A DNA stretch of 56,287 bases, filler included, from Sluysia triapertura (Eukaryota), in NCBI GenBank assembly GCA_046118255.1. It is 4 parts of 4 records of this genome, joined end to end, with 100 filler letters (N's around TTAATTAATTAA, not from the genome) between each part and the next. Parts side by side here need not be neighbours in the genome. Positions count along the whole stretch, not along the records: positions 23,360 to 40,982 come from JBJNIA010186613.1; positions 41,083 to 56,287 come from JBJNIA010234783.1; 2 more parts are not named here. The stretch is one strand, 5' to 3'. This document shows positions 40,405 to 53,273 of the stretch, piece by piece. Numbering within the stretch: position 1 is the first letter of the stretch; each line of letters begins with the position of its first letter. Both the position numbers and the translations under genes were made by a program. The notes beneath the pieces were generated by a model. The model saw nothing but the letters and a program-made list of their open reading frames with translations, was not told the origin of the DNA and did not search any database.

Positions 40405-40982
40405 TTAATATTCAAATTTGAACATTAAAATTGTTCGAGTTTCCGTCTTAATATTATCTAGCAATTATACAAACTCTTATTTTTTCAGAATAAAAATAAA
40501 ATTTAACATAATGGTTATAACAATACTTATTGAAATAGACTAGTACATCAATTTAAATTGAATGCATGTAAATCTAATCAATTATAAAACTTATTTCCAA
40601 TAAATACTTTTGATACAATGTGCAACAGGTTAACGTTAAGTCACACATGTACAAAATGATCTCTTAATGAACATTAATTTGATATATGTGCTGAGATAAT
40701 AATACTTACGAAAACTTAATTGCAAAATATAAATGTTACAGAGTCTGCTTGTAGTATATGGCTTATGGAATAATTATAAATGTTAAATTAGTAAGACTGA
40801 CACTATGTTCTACTTATTCGAATCTTCGAGGGTCTGATAATATTACTAAAAATGTTTATTCGCAAAATCTTAATAGTGAACGTAAAAGGTTTGTTCAGCA
40901 CGACTAAAACGATAATAAACGTTACCACAATTTATGATGATTTTATGATTGGACTTTAACTTTGAGGATTTATGTTATATAT

Positions 40983-41082
40983 NNNNNNNNNNNNNNNNNN
41001 NNNNNNNNNNNNNNNNNNNNNNNNNNTTAATTAATTAANNNNNNNNNNNNNNNNNNNNNNNNNNNNNNNNNNNNNNNNNNNN
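40983..41082. other. Artificial sequence-joining spacer N44-TTAATTAATTAA-N44
   Basis: Same 100-nt structure as at 10769. Confidence 0.97.
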
Positions 41083-41125
<43 letters not shown>

Positions 41126-41134
41126 TAATAATAA
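41083..41134. repeat. (AAT)n microsatellite at the piece start, abutting a splice acceptor
   Basis: Seen directly; one AAC interruption. Confidence 0.95.
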
Positions 41135-41140
41135 TTGCAG

Positions 41141-41246
41141 TCAACGGGATCCTGGAGAAAGATAAAGCTGGCTTTAATTTGGAGTCCTTTTATTCAGCAG
41201 TACGCCAAACATCGGTATCCATGGATACAAATTGCAGGCCATAGAG
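41141..41246 (+). CDS. ITPK: Inositol-trisphosphate 3-kinase (ITPKA/B/C family), internal exon
   Basis: tgcag acceptor; STGSWRKIKLALIWSPFIQQYAKHRYPWIQIAGHR (cf. SWRKIK..V.WSPF...KKYPWIQLAGH); gtaaat donor at 41247. Confidence 0.93.
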
Positions 41247-41291
41247 GTAAATTTTTATGTTTTTTTTGTACTAATTGTTTTTATATTTTAG

Positions 41292-41432
41292 GTAATTTTA
41301 AATCTGGAGCTCAAGGAAATATATTGAAAAAATATTCTGCTCATGAAAGTTGTTGTTTACAAATGATGCAGGGAGATGTTTTAGCGGATTTTGTACCGAA
41401 ATTCAAAAGTGACGTGGAATTTGAAGGAGAAA
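41292..41432 (+). CDS. ITPK: Inositol-trisphosphate 3-kinase, next exon (later kinase exons not found)
   Basis: After a 45-nt intron with an actaat branch site: GNFKSGAQGNILKKYSAHESCCLQMMQGDVLADFVPKFKSDVEFEGE (cf. GSFK....GRILKK....E..CL..LM.DVL..FVP.Y.GDV..DGE); GT at 41433. Confidence 0.93.
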
Positions 41433-43524
41433 GTAATATGTTTTTATTATAATATGATTATTTATGAAATTTTTTTATTAATTACGATAAAATAATTTTT
41501 CAAATTATACAAATTATTATGGACTAGGATGGTATTGTAAGTATTTATTTTATAATTCTTACAAAATGAAAGTGAATTAGGATTCCCTTATAGTAAGCGG
41601 TTTGTATCCTAATAGAAGAGGCTCCTATAGATGCTCGTAAGAAACAGAATCTAATTCACGCAATTCCAATAAAAATGCTACTTAATGTAAATGTGATTGT
41701 CGATTTCTAAAGGGTAGATTTGTTTTACAAGATTTTTATATTCATAAATAGTCTAGGATACGTACTTAAATATTAAATACTTTGCAGTTATATTTGTCTC
41801 TTTCTTTAATAAGAGGTTATTGTTACTTTTTAGAATATCACTTTTATCACTTTATATGTAGAACCTGATTCTATGATATATGTGAATAACTTAGTGACTA
41901 AATCAATTAATTTGCGTTAGTTATAATTCTAACTTCGATTTTAATAAGACCTTTATCTATTTCTTCTAAATTTCTAAATATTACACTAATAAATATAAGA
42001 ACTAATGCACGATGTATTTAGTCGACATAAATTTGAAATACAATCAAGTTACACAAATAGGGCTACCTGAATATAACAATATATTATCAATGAAATTATT
42101 AATAAAAACATTCAATATGATTATAAATAATTTATGAGGTTAATTATAACGTTAAAGTAGTTCCATTAGTGTTTTAAAAATGAAAATTTATTTATGATTT
42201 TATCGCTAGCATTATCGTAACGTAAAAATAATTACGTGCATTTCATCTCTTAATTTAATTAAGTCTAATCTTACATAAAATAAACTTACGCATTGTTGAG
42301 CATAAAAAATATCCGTTGAATGTTGCAGTTGGGTACAAAAAGTAGAAAGTAAAAAAAAATAGAATTTCCAATGTTTAATGAACTGCGACTTTTAATATAT
42401 GATTATGATAACTTAGCAGCTTAATTCGACCAATCGTAATATTGGATTATTATTATTTGCTGATTTTAACTTTTATTATCGCTGTTGTCGTTGTCGCTTT
42501 TCCAATTATCATTTATATACAAATGAGTGTTATGTTCTATAAATAACTAATATTATTTTACGGTTTTCAGCAGTTCCAAATTATTATTTTATAATTTTTA
42601 TTACTTGCATAAGTCTTTTACTGTAACATTACTATTTTATTATTTTTTATTATCACGTGTTATTATCTTATTATATTGTTTGGATTTTTATTAAATATTA
42701 TTAATTTAGAATGATTCTCATTATTATTGGATTATCAAAATAAAATAAGTAATTTAAAACGAGCCCATCGATACTTTGTTTTGTAATATATAATTTGTAA
42801 TTTTAGAATTTATAATTTTAAAGAAATTTGTTTATCTTTATTCTCTTTTTTTGAATTTACCTCAAAATTCTAAAACAATATGTTAAAAGATATACGTTTA
42901 ATTCTTTTGACTCAATCTTGTTTGGTCAGAAATGGAACTCCTATGTTTGTAGTATAAGCTCAAGTCGCGTAACCCTCTTTTATTAATACAATAACAAATT
43001 CTGAATTAAATTATATTGCTCAAGATAAAAAGTAATTACTAAAACTAAAAGTAAATGTCACACTTAGAATTTCTTTTAATATTTATTAAGGACTTTAATA
43101 AAAAAATTTGTTTTAGCTTTACTTTGTAATATTACAGTGTACAAAATTTTTTGCAAATAATGACTATACGAAATAATCATTCGACCTAGTAGTTTTCTAA
43201 TTACTAACGAGACCCATTAGCTTTTTCAATAGTAATATTAAAAATAAGTGGTTAGAAGTGTAAACTATTGAGGTAGAACTTTTTAAAGTATTTCTATTGT
43301 TGGTAGAAGTGAAACTATTCAGGGTAAATTTTAAGGCACTGTAGAGGCAAGGTGTTTCGGCAGGAGAAGCTTTTCGATGTGTATCGTCATTTGAAAAGGT
43401 TGATGAATAGAAAAATTTCGCATAACAAACAATAGTCGATATGGAACACTTTTTACAGTTATTGAAAAATTCTGTCAAACATTTAAGAAAGTTATATGTA
43501 GATTTTAATATTTGAAAATTAACA

Positions 43525-43583
<59 letters not shown>
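43525..43583. repeat. (ATT)n microsatellite, ~19 units
   Basis: Seen directly. Confidence 0.97.
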
Positions 43584-43584
<1 letters not shown>

Positions 43585-46500
43585 AGATATCATGATTAAT
43601 GATTAAATTTAAATTAAACCATTAAATTCAATACAAAATTTACTATTCACATTGTGATAAACAATCTTAACGGAATGAGGTAAAATTTTTGAAGAAATTT
43701 TGATTAACGAATTAGTTAAATCAATTAATTAAATTTTTGTTCATTTGAATGGATACCTTAATTCGGCTAATTGTATTACAATTTCTAATAATTACAAAGT
43801 TACACGAATCAAAGAACGTTAAAAGATTATTAAAATGTTTCACAAAAATTATCAGATTTTCAGTTTCTGGAACCTCAAGTTATGGTGTATTACAAGTTTT
43901 ATTACACTTATATGATTTCGTAGTATTTCATAAAACAAATTTTGTCTTCTTGAACCTTAATACTAGACTATATTTCCAAAAAAGGAAAAAGTACTGAAAT
44001 AATTAAATGGAATAGACTTTACATTAATTTGACACCGATAGATCAATGAACCGTTCTTAGAGGTGAAATGGTTTATCATACGAGAAGTTTAAGTCAATAT
44101 GTTATATCTGTGGTGGCCAGTATAGTTTTAACTGCTGAATCTATTTCTAAAAACTGTATTATTGTATAGGGACATAAGGCCAATTCTAATTTTACTGTAT
44201 TTAATCTGATTAAAATAATAATTATTATTTAAACTTTGAAAATTTGAATCATAAAAATCGGCTTAAGTCCTTTTATCAAAAAAAACAAAATTCAAAATAA
44301 ACTCCATTACATATATTGAATATACCTTAAAATCCAGAATCGGAGAGTGATAAAAAAACAGAAATAATTAGCAATTAATTTTAAAAGTCTTATGTATTTC
44401 TTGGCACAAAATGTACAATAGACACACTTTTCCACTTAGTATCAAATCTTTATCGGTATTTTGTCGTCTGTAATGAAAGCCTAAGCAATCCATCGGTGAA
44501 TAGATTGCCATATATTAGTTTCACTAGCAATTGGAGCCATTTCATTGTCATTAAAACATCTTATATCGTTACATGATGTATAAACTCGTCTTAGATAATT
44601 CATTAAAATGCGATGACCGATTAAATGATTCATATTAGCATAGAATGCAATAGTTGATGCGAATTTTGAAAAGGTTTCGCAATGCATTATTTACGGTCAC
44701 ATCTACCGGTAGGACATGAATCTCTTTAAATACATGTTTAGATAGGTGATTTTTACATAGATTTTCCAAATAAACTTTCGAATTCTTCGGTATCTTCGAC
44801 ATCCATAACATACCAAATAACATCATTAGCATTGATAAAGCTACAAGTAATCCATCTACTCCATCCGTCTTCACTTGCTTGTCCAAAATATTTGCTTGAT
44901 GAATTTCATCCAAATTGTGAATAACTTTCTTGTTTTTGATATCGTGAATGTAAATTTGACAATGCGAAACTCGCTTCAAAACATTTCAAAAAATATCAAA
45001 ATTTTTTATTATTTAAACAAAAAATAAATAACCGAATATAAGCAGTCGTAATAAAACAAATATGTGCCTGATACCTGAAATTTCTTTTTACATTTACATT
45101 TATTACATGTCATAAATTAAAAACTATGCGCCCTGAAAAGAAAAATTTGTTTGATCTCTCATGAAAAAAAATTTATTGTTATTTTAGTTAATTAAATTTA
45201 GTTGTTTGTATGTGAACACGTCTATCTACGTTGAATTCTGTAACTGTGTAAGTGCTACTTTAATTATTTAAACTGATAATTATTTAATGTCATCTCAAAT
45301 ATTCGAGATAGAAGTGCTTATAGACGATTTATCTTCTAAGTTTTCTTGATTTAAATTTTTAATTGTATTCGAACTTATAAAACGTATACAACTATTTCTT
45401 TATCTGATATAACTCAACTTTGCCTATAACACCAAATCTTGTTCAGTTATTTTATTCTATTTGGTTAAGGGTTTATTCTATCGTGGCAATTCTTAAGGTA
45501 ACTAAGCTTGATCACAAGTTATTTTTTAACTTTATCCTATATTAATTTGTACAATTTCCTTATTTGATATCAACTTTAAAATCTTTTAACTTTTCTAGAT
45601 CGCCCTGTTTTCGAACCCCTTCTTTATAAATGAAATTAAACTAAGGTAATTTTTATTTATAAAATACTAAAATATTATAATATAATCGAATTATAATTTT
45701 AATTATTAAAAGATGCAGTTTAAATACAATATTATTAAATTTTAAAGAAAATATTATATATTAATTTTACATTCAAACTGAATAACTTTACTAAAATTTC
45801 TTACTTCACTTATCATAATTGAAAATCGTCCGAATAGTCGATTAAATATGAAAATATTTGTCAATCAGGAATTTTTTTGGATCGAAATCGAAACTTTTTG
45901 CTTCTATATTGATCGTTTACTTATGATTTTTGTCTTGATTTTGATCGATATTTAAAGTATATCAATAAATTATAGTATAATTCAGACTATAATAATTGGA
46001 ATTATTACAACATATATTGTAATAAATCATTACATATTATATACAACATTATAAGTAAATAAATGCTATACAATTATTATTTTTAATGTGTTACTACGAT
46101 ACTATACAATTATTTTTAATGTTACTAAATTTTAATTTAATATTATTTCTATGTAATTTGAGTTAAAAATGATTTTTTTTTAATTTTAATTACTTATAAT
46201 TCCTATCTATTCTATCTAATCTTTAATTTAAGTTAATTTTGATCGAATATATAGTGTTATTAAATTTTGATTTTATATTGCTTCTTTTAAATCTAGTTTA
46301 ATATGATTTTATTTTATTTGTCATGTTCTAAATCATGTTTTTAAGATAATTTTAGTCGTCTCTGGTTTTAGAGATGGAAGAATAAAACTATTACAATAAT
46401 CAAAATAAATTTTCTACATTATGTTAATGTGACTAAAGCAAATATTTATCTCACTAAATATCTCTGTCGTTGAAAATACAAAATCATACTGTTCGCAGTT

Positions 46501-47159
46501 ATAATGCTTGCTGTGCTTTTCTTTCTAATCTGCAGCAAAATAAAATTGAGCAGAGTCCGGTAACACTCAACTATAATTAAGCATATATTAATGTAATTAA
46601 TATGAAAAATTTGGATATAACGCAAATTCTCTTAACTAGAGGATCACGTTTATCTTACCTCACCGATTAACAAAACCGAACAAAATGAACCTTTATTAAT
46701 GAAAAGAAAATATCTGAAATGATCAACAATAATAAGAATAAAAATTAAAGACAATTAATACAGGTCAATTTATTATTTTATAATTAAAGCCTTAACAAGG
46801 CCCTTATTTTCCTTAATTTTATATAGCTAAAATGTATTTTGTCCCTAATTACATCGGGGTTTAGAAAATAATTTACAAGATTTAAGTTAAGTAAAATCGT
46901 CCTTAAGAATAAAACTTACTAATTTAATTTATTATATAAATAATATCCTCAAAAAGAATTGATAACATATCCTGCGAATGAAACTAGTTTGAAAATTTTT
47001 GTAAATAAATTTTTCGTGATGAATCAACATCTTTATTTGCACAAAATTTTAACACACTACGCTATACGAAAAACTATATTTTAACAACTTTAACTTCACT
47101 AATTCTCTCTCACAACTCTCTTTCATTAAGTTTTTTATCTTTCTTTTTGTTCCCCTACT

Positions 47160-47950
47160 AACAATGACCCAAATGAAAAAGAAGAAAAAGAACTGAATTT
47201 ATTAAATAAAGTTCCACAACATTCGCATAACTTCACAAATAAAAGCGAATTTCCAGATGTATCAAAACAATATGGTAATAAATTGAGTTCGTTAAAAACC
47301 GAATGTGATCATATATAAAAATTGACGATTTTAATTTGCGAAATATGTCCAATAGATTAAACGGTACGAAATCACCACAAATTTTAAAATCATTTAGTCA
47401 CAAAGACAGTAGTTTTACTAAATTACAAAATCAAACATCATATTCTTTCACTAAGCATACAATAATAAATTATGAAACAAAATTATTGTCAACTGCAAAA
47501 AGATTACAATTCTTCAAAAGAGACACAAATCCACAAATATGATTCAATACATTCAAATCATTTATCTACAAATGCAGTTTTAACACATTTTCTACCAAAT
47601 AAAGACATTTTATCATCAAGAAAGTATTATTAAAGCAACAACATTAATATATTTTAAAACGGCCATTTTATAAATGATGAAAAACCTTTTTATATGACTA
47701 ACAAAGCATTTTTAAATAATTCAATTAAAAATAATAATAATATGATGTATGAAAAAAAATAACACTCAATTATTCTAGTGATACTGGTTTAACATTTATT
47801 AGTTATTTTGATGATTCACTAAATAAACATATTCTACCAAAAACAGTAAGAAATACTTTACTGTTGCAGTTGTTGATTCTAGTTTTTCTTTTAATACTTT
47901 TGACAATGCTCAAATTGAAACAATAGATTATTCATCGAATAATATAGATT
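47160..47950 (+). mobile_element. Possible decayed gag-protease relic of an LTR retroelement
   Basis: Protein-like frames with stops from ~47163; SIILV-DTG (1-nt frameshift) near 47766-47788. Upstream 46464-46486 matches the LTR-like sequence at 12003-12024 in inverted orientation. Confidence 0.3.
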
Positions 47951-50032
47951 ATTAAATCGAATATTGCATAAATGTAATAATGACTCAAGTATGAATATGT
48001 TTAATTATTGTATTGTATGTCAATATAGAAAATTTGAAAGAGTACGATAAATTTGAAATATTGTAGAATTAATTAATTTTATGCGTTTATTTTAAAGAAT
48101 GATTCAACAGATAAAATTTATTAAAATAAATATGTACAGTCAATAATACATTCTGGTCACCAGTTGTTTTATAACCGTTGTATGCCAACTCGGATTTTGT
48201 TACTACACAAATGTTGAGAACAATTTTAAGTGGCCAGTAAAATTTTATTTAAGTTAAGACAAGATTAATTAGTTGCCAATTAAATAAATACATAATTTGT
48301 AGTCAAAAGTTTTAAGAAATTTTAAGCAATGATTATGTTTGTCTCATGTAAAAATCGGTCGTCGTTACTTCTTTTATCAATGAATTTTAAAGCAAAAGTA
48401 ACTATTATTCGTACGAATATTCCAAGCATTTTCCTCAGCGATCTTTACATAAAACTAATGATTTAGTATTATTAGAGCAATTACTATCAAGTCATAAAAC
48501 TAATGATATAGTTATGATTTTATTTAGTGAATAAGTATACAAGTTGTTGCAAGTCACAGAAATGATGTCTTACCTGGTATTTGGTTGTACTTCAACTCAT
48601 TAGTCGTATTATGATTGTAAAGTTAGAAGAAAACTCTATTACAATGATTACATTAACATTATTGAGTCCAAAGTCAGTCCTCCAATATGTACGAGCATGT
48701 GTCAAGATTTTAACAAACGTGTACACAACACATTTACTTAAAACTTATTAGATTAAGTTTAGATTGTGTATTGAATAAATCATTTTAAGTTTATTTTCAT
48801 TATTTTAACTTTTCCATAAGTGTTATTTAATTATTAAGATTATTAAAAGAACCTCATTAATTTTAAATTCTAACAAACATTTATCAATAAAAAATTTTAA
48901 CAAATATTCATTAATTTTAAATTTGAATAAATATTATTTTAATATTCATACACCAAATCAAATTGTAAACCCCAAATAGTGACTAAATTGTTAAATTAAC
49001 TTGTGTAACTAAATTGTAAATTGTAATTAGATTGATGTTAGTTTATGTACTAGCCATAAACCAATAGAAATTGATGGAAACTTATAGAACTTTAGAAAGT
49101 ATTATTTTATTTTTTCGAAAATTAATTTTTTTTAGGAAATAATATTTTCTTTTTTTGGAAAATAATTTCTTTTTATTAAAATTAACAATTTTAGATGATT
49201 TTATTATTACTAATAATACGATTTACTCCTGTTTGTTCTTCAACCAATGGTATATGATTATCCAATAATGTTTTATTTTCATCATTATAGCCGATATTAC
49301 ATAGGCAAAAAAATTTTTCAGTTCCATTTCCTTATAATCGATATTTTTTATAAAATTACTTTCATCATTTGGCCAATATTACTCTATTATCGAATATGTA
49401 GATATAATCCTGTTATATGTATTTTTGCAATTATGTGGTCGGTTAATAATAACTATAGCTATAATAATAGCTATAGCCACATTTTTCTAATAGTTAAGCT
49501 TAAACTTTATTTTTGTATTAAAAAAATCATAAACAAAAAATTTCATTTTATAAATTTTTGTTACGGTCCATTGCCTCGAAATTTTTTTATGAAATATTTT
49601 TCAAATTTTAGTATTAGTACAGGGCTATTTTAAAACAACAATATTAATTTATTGAAATTAACAAATAAATTAATGACTAAAAACCAAGGAATGTTATGTC
49701 ATGTGGTATTAGTGACTTAGTAGAAANNNNNNNNNNNNNNNNNNNNNNNNNNNNNNNNNNNNNNNNNNNNNNNNNNNNNNNNNNNNNNNNNNNNNNNNNN
49801 NNNNNNNNNNNNNNNNNNNNNNNNNNNNNNNNNNNNNNNNNNNNNNNNNNNNNNNNNNNNNNNNNNNNNNNNNNNNNATATATAATCTAAGAGTTAGTGC
49901 ATATCTGTTATTGAATTCCATGTTTGTAAATTTTTAATTCACCCTTTGTTATTTAATATGGTTTTGTTGTGTGAAATTTTTACTGTTTAGCTGTTTAATT
50001 TTGAACCGTACCTATTGTTAGACTTCGTAAAA

Positions 50033-50104
50033 TGGACTGACCGAGGATCGAACCCGGGACCATCGCTGCGCATTTCGAATGCTCTACCACTGAGCTATCA
50101 GCCC
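50033..50104 (-). tRNA. tRNA-Ala-like gene/pseudogene (TGC in anticodon register, anticodon stem disrupted)
   Basis: GGGCTGA TA GCTC AGTGGTA GAGC A TTCGA AATGCGC AGCGA TGGTC CCGGG TTCGATC CTCGG TCAGTCC A. Acceptor stem paired with G3:U70, A73, intact D and T arms, A/B boxes, TTTT immediately 3'. Confidence 0.8.
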
Positions 50105-52269
50105 CGTCTAACGATTTTATTTTATTATAGTCAATTTTACCAAATGGCACTTTTAGGCCTTTTTACCCAAACACTATTAGATACGCACAATCGAATAGCA
50201 TTATCCAACAAAATTAAAACAAAGTCTTCAGAATGAAAAAATAATACTAAGTTCAAATGATACTTCACGAAAATTTGTGAAACACCCTCAAACTAAGTGC
50301 TAATTACGAAAAGTTTTGTAAATGAATATCTATTTCTGTATTGAAATCCTGTAGGAGTACAGGTAAAAAAACATTCTCTCTAGGCGAACTTGTGCTTCAA
50401 AATTTATTTGAAGTGACAGATTTGAAACAAGAAATACTTGTAACAGTTTAAAAAATGTGTAAACTTATACTAAAATTCTTTATAAACGATTTTTATAAAA
50501 TTCTTTATAAAAAGACCGATACAATCTTTGTGGTATTTCAACATTCAGTTATATATGTTTAATTTAATTTTTATATGTTTAATTTAAAATTATTACTCTT
50601 TATACTCATACATAATTAACGATTATAGCTATTTGTAGAAATAACATTAATTTTAAATTATATATTTATTCAATATTAATTACCACTCCCAGTTGTAAAA
50701 TATCAGCGTCTAGTTAAAGAATTATAAACTCACCACGATTTATAATGCATCTCTTTAAAACTGTTAACGTAATATTTATTTATTATTATTAGTAATTTAC
50801 ACCCAATGTAGCATAGTGACACTTAACATTAAATAATTCCATAGCTTTAATTTATGAAATAATAAACATACAAATCAGTCTTTGCATTATTTTGTACGAG
50901 ACTTATTATTATCATTTTAAAGAGACTCAAAATCTTTTTCTCTATGTCATATTTTAAATAAGGACAAATCAGTTTCTGAGTATCAAAAGTAAAGTTAATT
51001 AATAAAAATTATAAAACAATGTTTCAAGTTATAACTCCGTAGTCACTTTGAGCTTAGATATACCTTAAAGGAATATAATCACATTGCGTAAATACGTGAA
51101 TAACTTTCAAATCTTCATAAGCTTTCCATGATATAACTCTTTTATAAAAATCCTGTGGACAAGCCATTATGTTCTTAAAACTTGGGTCTCAAGTGAACTC
51201 ATTTATTTAACTTTTTCACTTATGATCGACTAGTATTTTTCTTAAACTAACTACTGGCACATTATAATAATAAGGTTCGTCTAAGGTTAACGGTTTATGC
51301 TTAGCGCGACGTTCCCGTAGGATTTTATTCGTATTTTAAAGAGGGTATATAAACTTATTTACATCGATTTTCTTGCTATTGCAATATAAATATCGCGTCA
51401 ATTTATCTTCTTAATTTAATCTTTTATTGATTAACGTACTATTTCATCACTATAATATTATTAATTTAACGTGGTTAATTCACCGTAATGAATCTTAACA
51501 CCTCTTATTTTTAATAAAACAACTCTAGTAATTTGTTATGAACTTTATTATTCACACAATATCCCTTACTATTAATTTATTTAGCACAACTCTATACTAA
51601 CAAGTTAATCTGTCTTTATTTAATTAGCTTTATACTACTATCTATTCTTCTTTTAGAAGTTTAAATTCTCTAAGCTACAAAAATCTTCTTTATATTATTC
51701 AAAGTGCAAAAAGGTTTCCTTAATACTCTTTAAATTACAAAAATATTTTATCAGAATTAATACACACTTTCTTTTCTTCATTTTAATTATTTCTTCGTTT
51801 AATAATTCTACAAACTTCCTTATTAATTATATTAACAGAATATTATTACCTTTCTTATTATTAACTAATTAGTAACTTTTATTTCAATTTAAGTTTATTA
51901 ATACAAAGAAACAAATATGGAAGTCTAAGGTTTATTACAAACAAAATAATAAAATGTTTATGAACAACTTCAAATAAAATGGCTAAAATAAATATGAATA
52001 TAACAGTTTATTATTAGAACAAATAGAATTCTAATATTTTTAAAATAATTTTTACAAATAAATTGTCTCTAGCTAAGCTAGAGGTTCTTACTCAATAATT
52101 TAAGTAAATATTTTGTGTCTTAAAAAACTAAGTCAAAACCTACAACTATAAACTTACAAAACATTTTGTAATAAAACTGAATTGGTAATAGCACACTCTA
52201 CTTCAATATGAGTAACAAATCGAATTTGATCACTCTGATGAATTAGTAATTTGTCAACAATAAAATTTT

Positions 52270-52408
52270 CACGCAAAATTTAAATCACCAAAATTCAATT
52301 AATGTACGCATTACAAAAAAACCACGTTGAATTGAATTACCAAAATTCGATCAATACACGTACCACGCAAAATTTGAATTTACCAGTTAATTAGCCACGT
52401 AAAATTTT
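52270..52408. repeat. Degenerate tandem repeat (~30-50-bp units, ccacg.aaaattt.aattaccaaaattc)
   Basis: 3-4 imperfect copies seen directly; resembles a transposon subterminal array (inference). Confidence 0.65.
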
Positions 52409-52646
52409 CGTCTCGAATGGACAATTAAAATATTGTGAACCGTGTAATTTAAACTCAGCATTTATATACCAGTTTACTTTCACCAAAATTAATTAAAATT
52501 TAGTAAGTTTATTTATTTTAAAAATATTTTTATTTTCTTTATTCAGGTAAATGTGTTTACGTAAGTAATTTTTTGTTTACTCATATAATTAATATTTATT
52601 TATTGTATATTCCAGAAATGACAGCTGATAGTTTTTCATTATTTCA

Positions 52647-52698
<52 letters not shown>
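52647..52698. repeat. (ATT)n microsatellite, ~17 units
   Basis: Seen directly. Confidence 0.97.
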
Positions 52699-52699
<1 letters not shown>

Positions 52700-52774
52700 A
52701 TATTAATTATTATATAATTTCAGATGTTGGTTTTTAGATCAACTATAATCCTTACAGATCGTAGAAAATGGATT

Positions 52775-53273
52775 AAGAAGTAAGGAAGTTTAAAATACAA
52801 AAAAATGACATAAAATATCTGAAATATGATAATATAAACATAATTGAATATTTTTAGAGGAAGAATAATGAACAGTAAAATGTTTATATTCATTTTGAAA
52901 GAGAAGAATACCTTGGAGTTCCAAAGACCTTTGTAGGGTATTCAGACCTTTGAATATACTTAAGGCTTGGAAAGATGTTTTGAAGTATGATGATACCTTT
53001 GAATTTCTGAACCTTGGAATCATTTTAGATCTTGTTGAATGACCTTATTGATCCTTCGGAATCTTTGAAGACATTTAAGATCTTAATAAACTGTTGAGAC
53101 CTTCGAATGACTTTGTAAAAATTTTGGAACCTTTGAAATGTTCAAATATTAAAATTATGATTAATGATATTAAAGACAGATTTAATACATTAATAATTGA
53201 AAGAAAAAAAGTAGAAAAATGAATCAGAGTGGTGAAGGTGAAAACATCTAGAGCCTCCTGAGTACCTTTATAA
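52775..53273 (+). repeat. Dispersed repeat copy B (uninterrupted), containing a degenerate ~9-nt GACCTT-type array
   Basis: Reverse-complement match to 14091-14460 and 12816-12907. Confidence 0.85.

Noticed and set aside
43197-43478. 93-aa ORF with ETPCLYSALK resembling the Penelope RT motif P.LYGLPK
   Set aside because: The expected IHK/RPIVS continuation is missing, and the region contains a local ~52-bp duplication (43250-43333); too weak to call.
48660-48710. RTY-containing stretch as the next ITPK exon
   Set aside because: Wrong strand and lacks the preceding DxKxG motif.
50015-50236. 73-aa + strand ORF
   Set aside because: It is the antisense reading of the tRNA-like gene plus flank.
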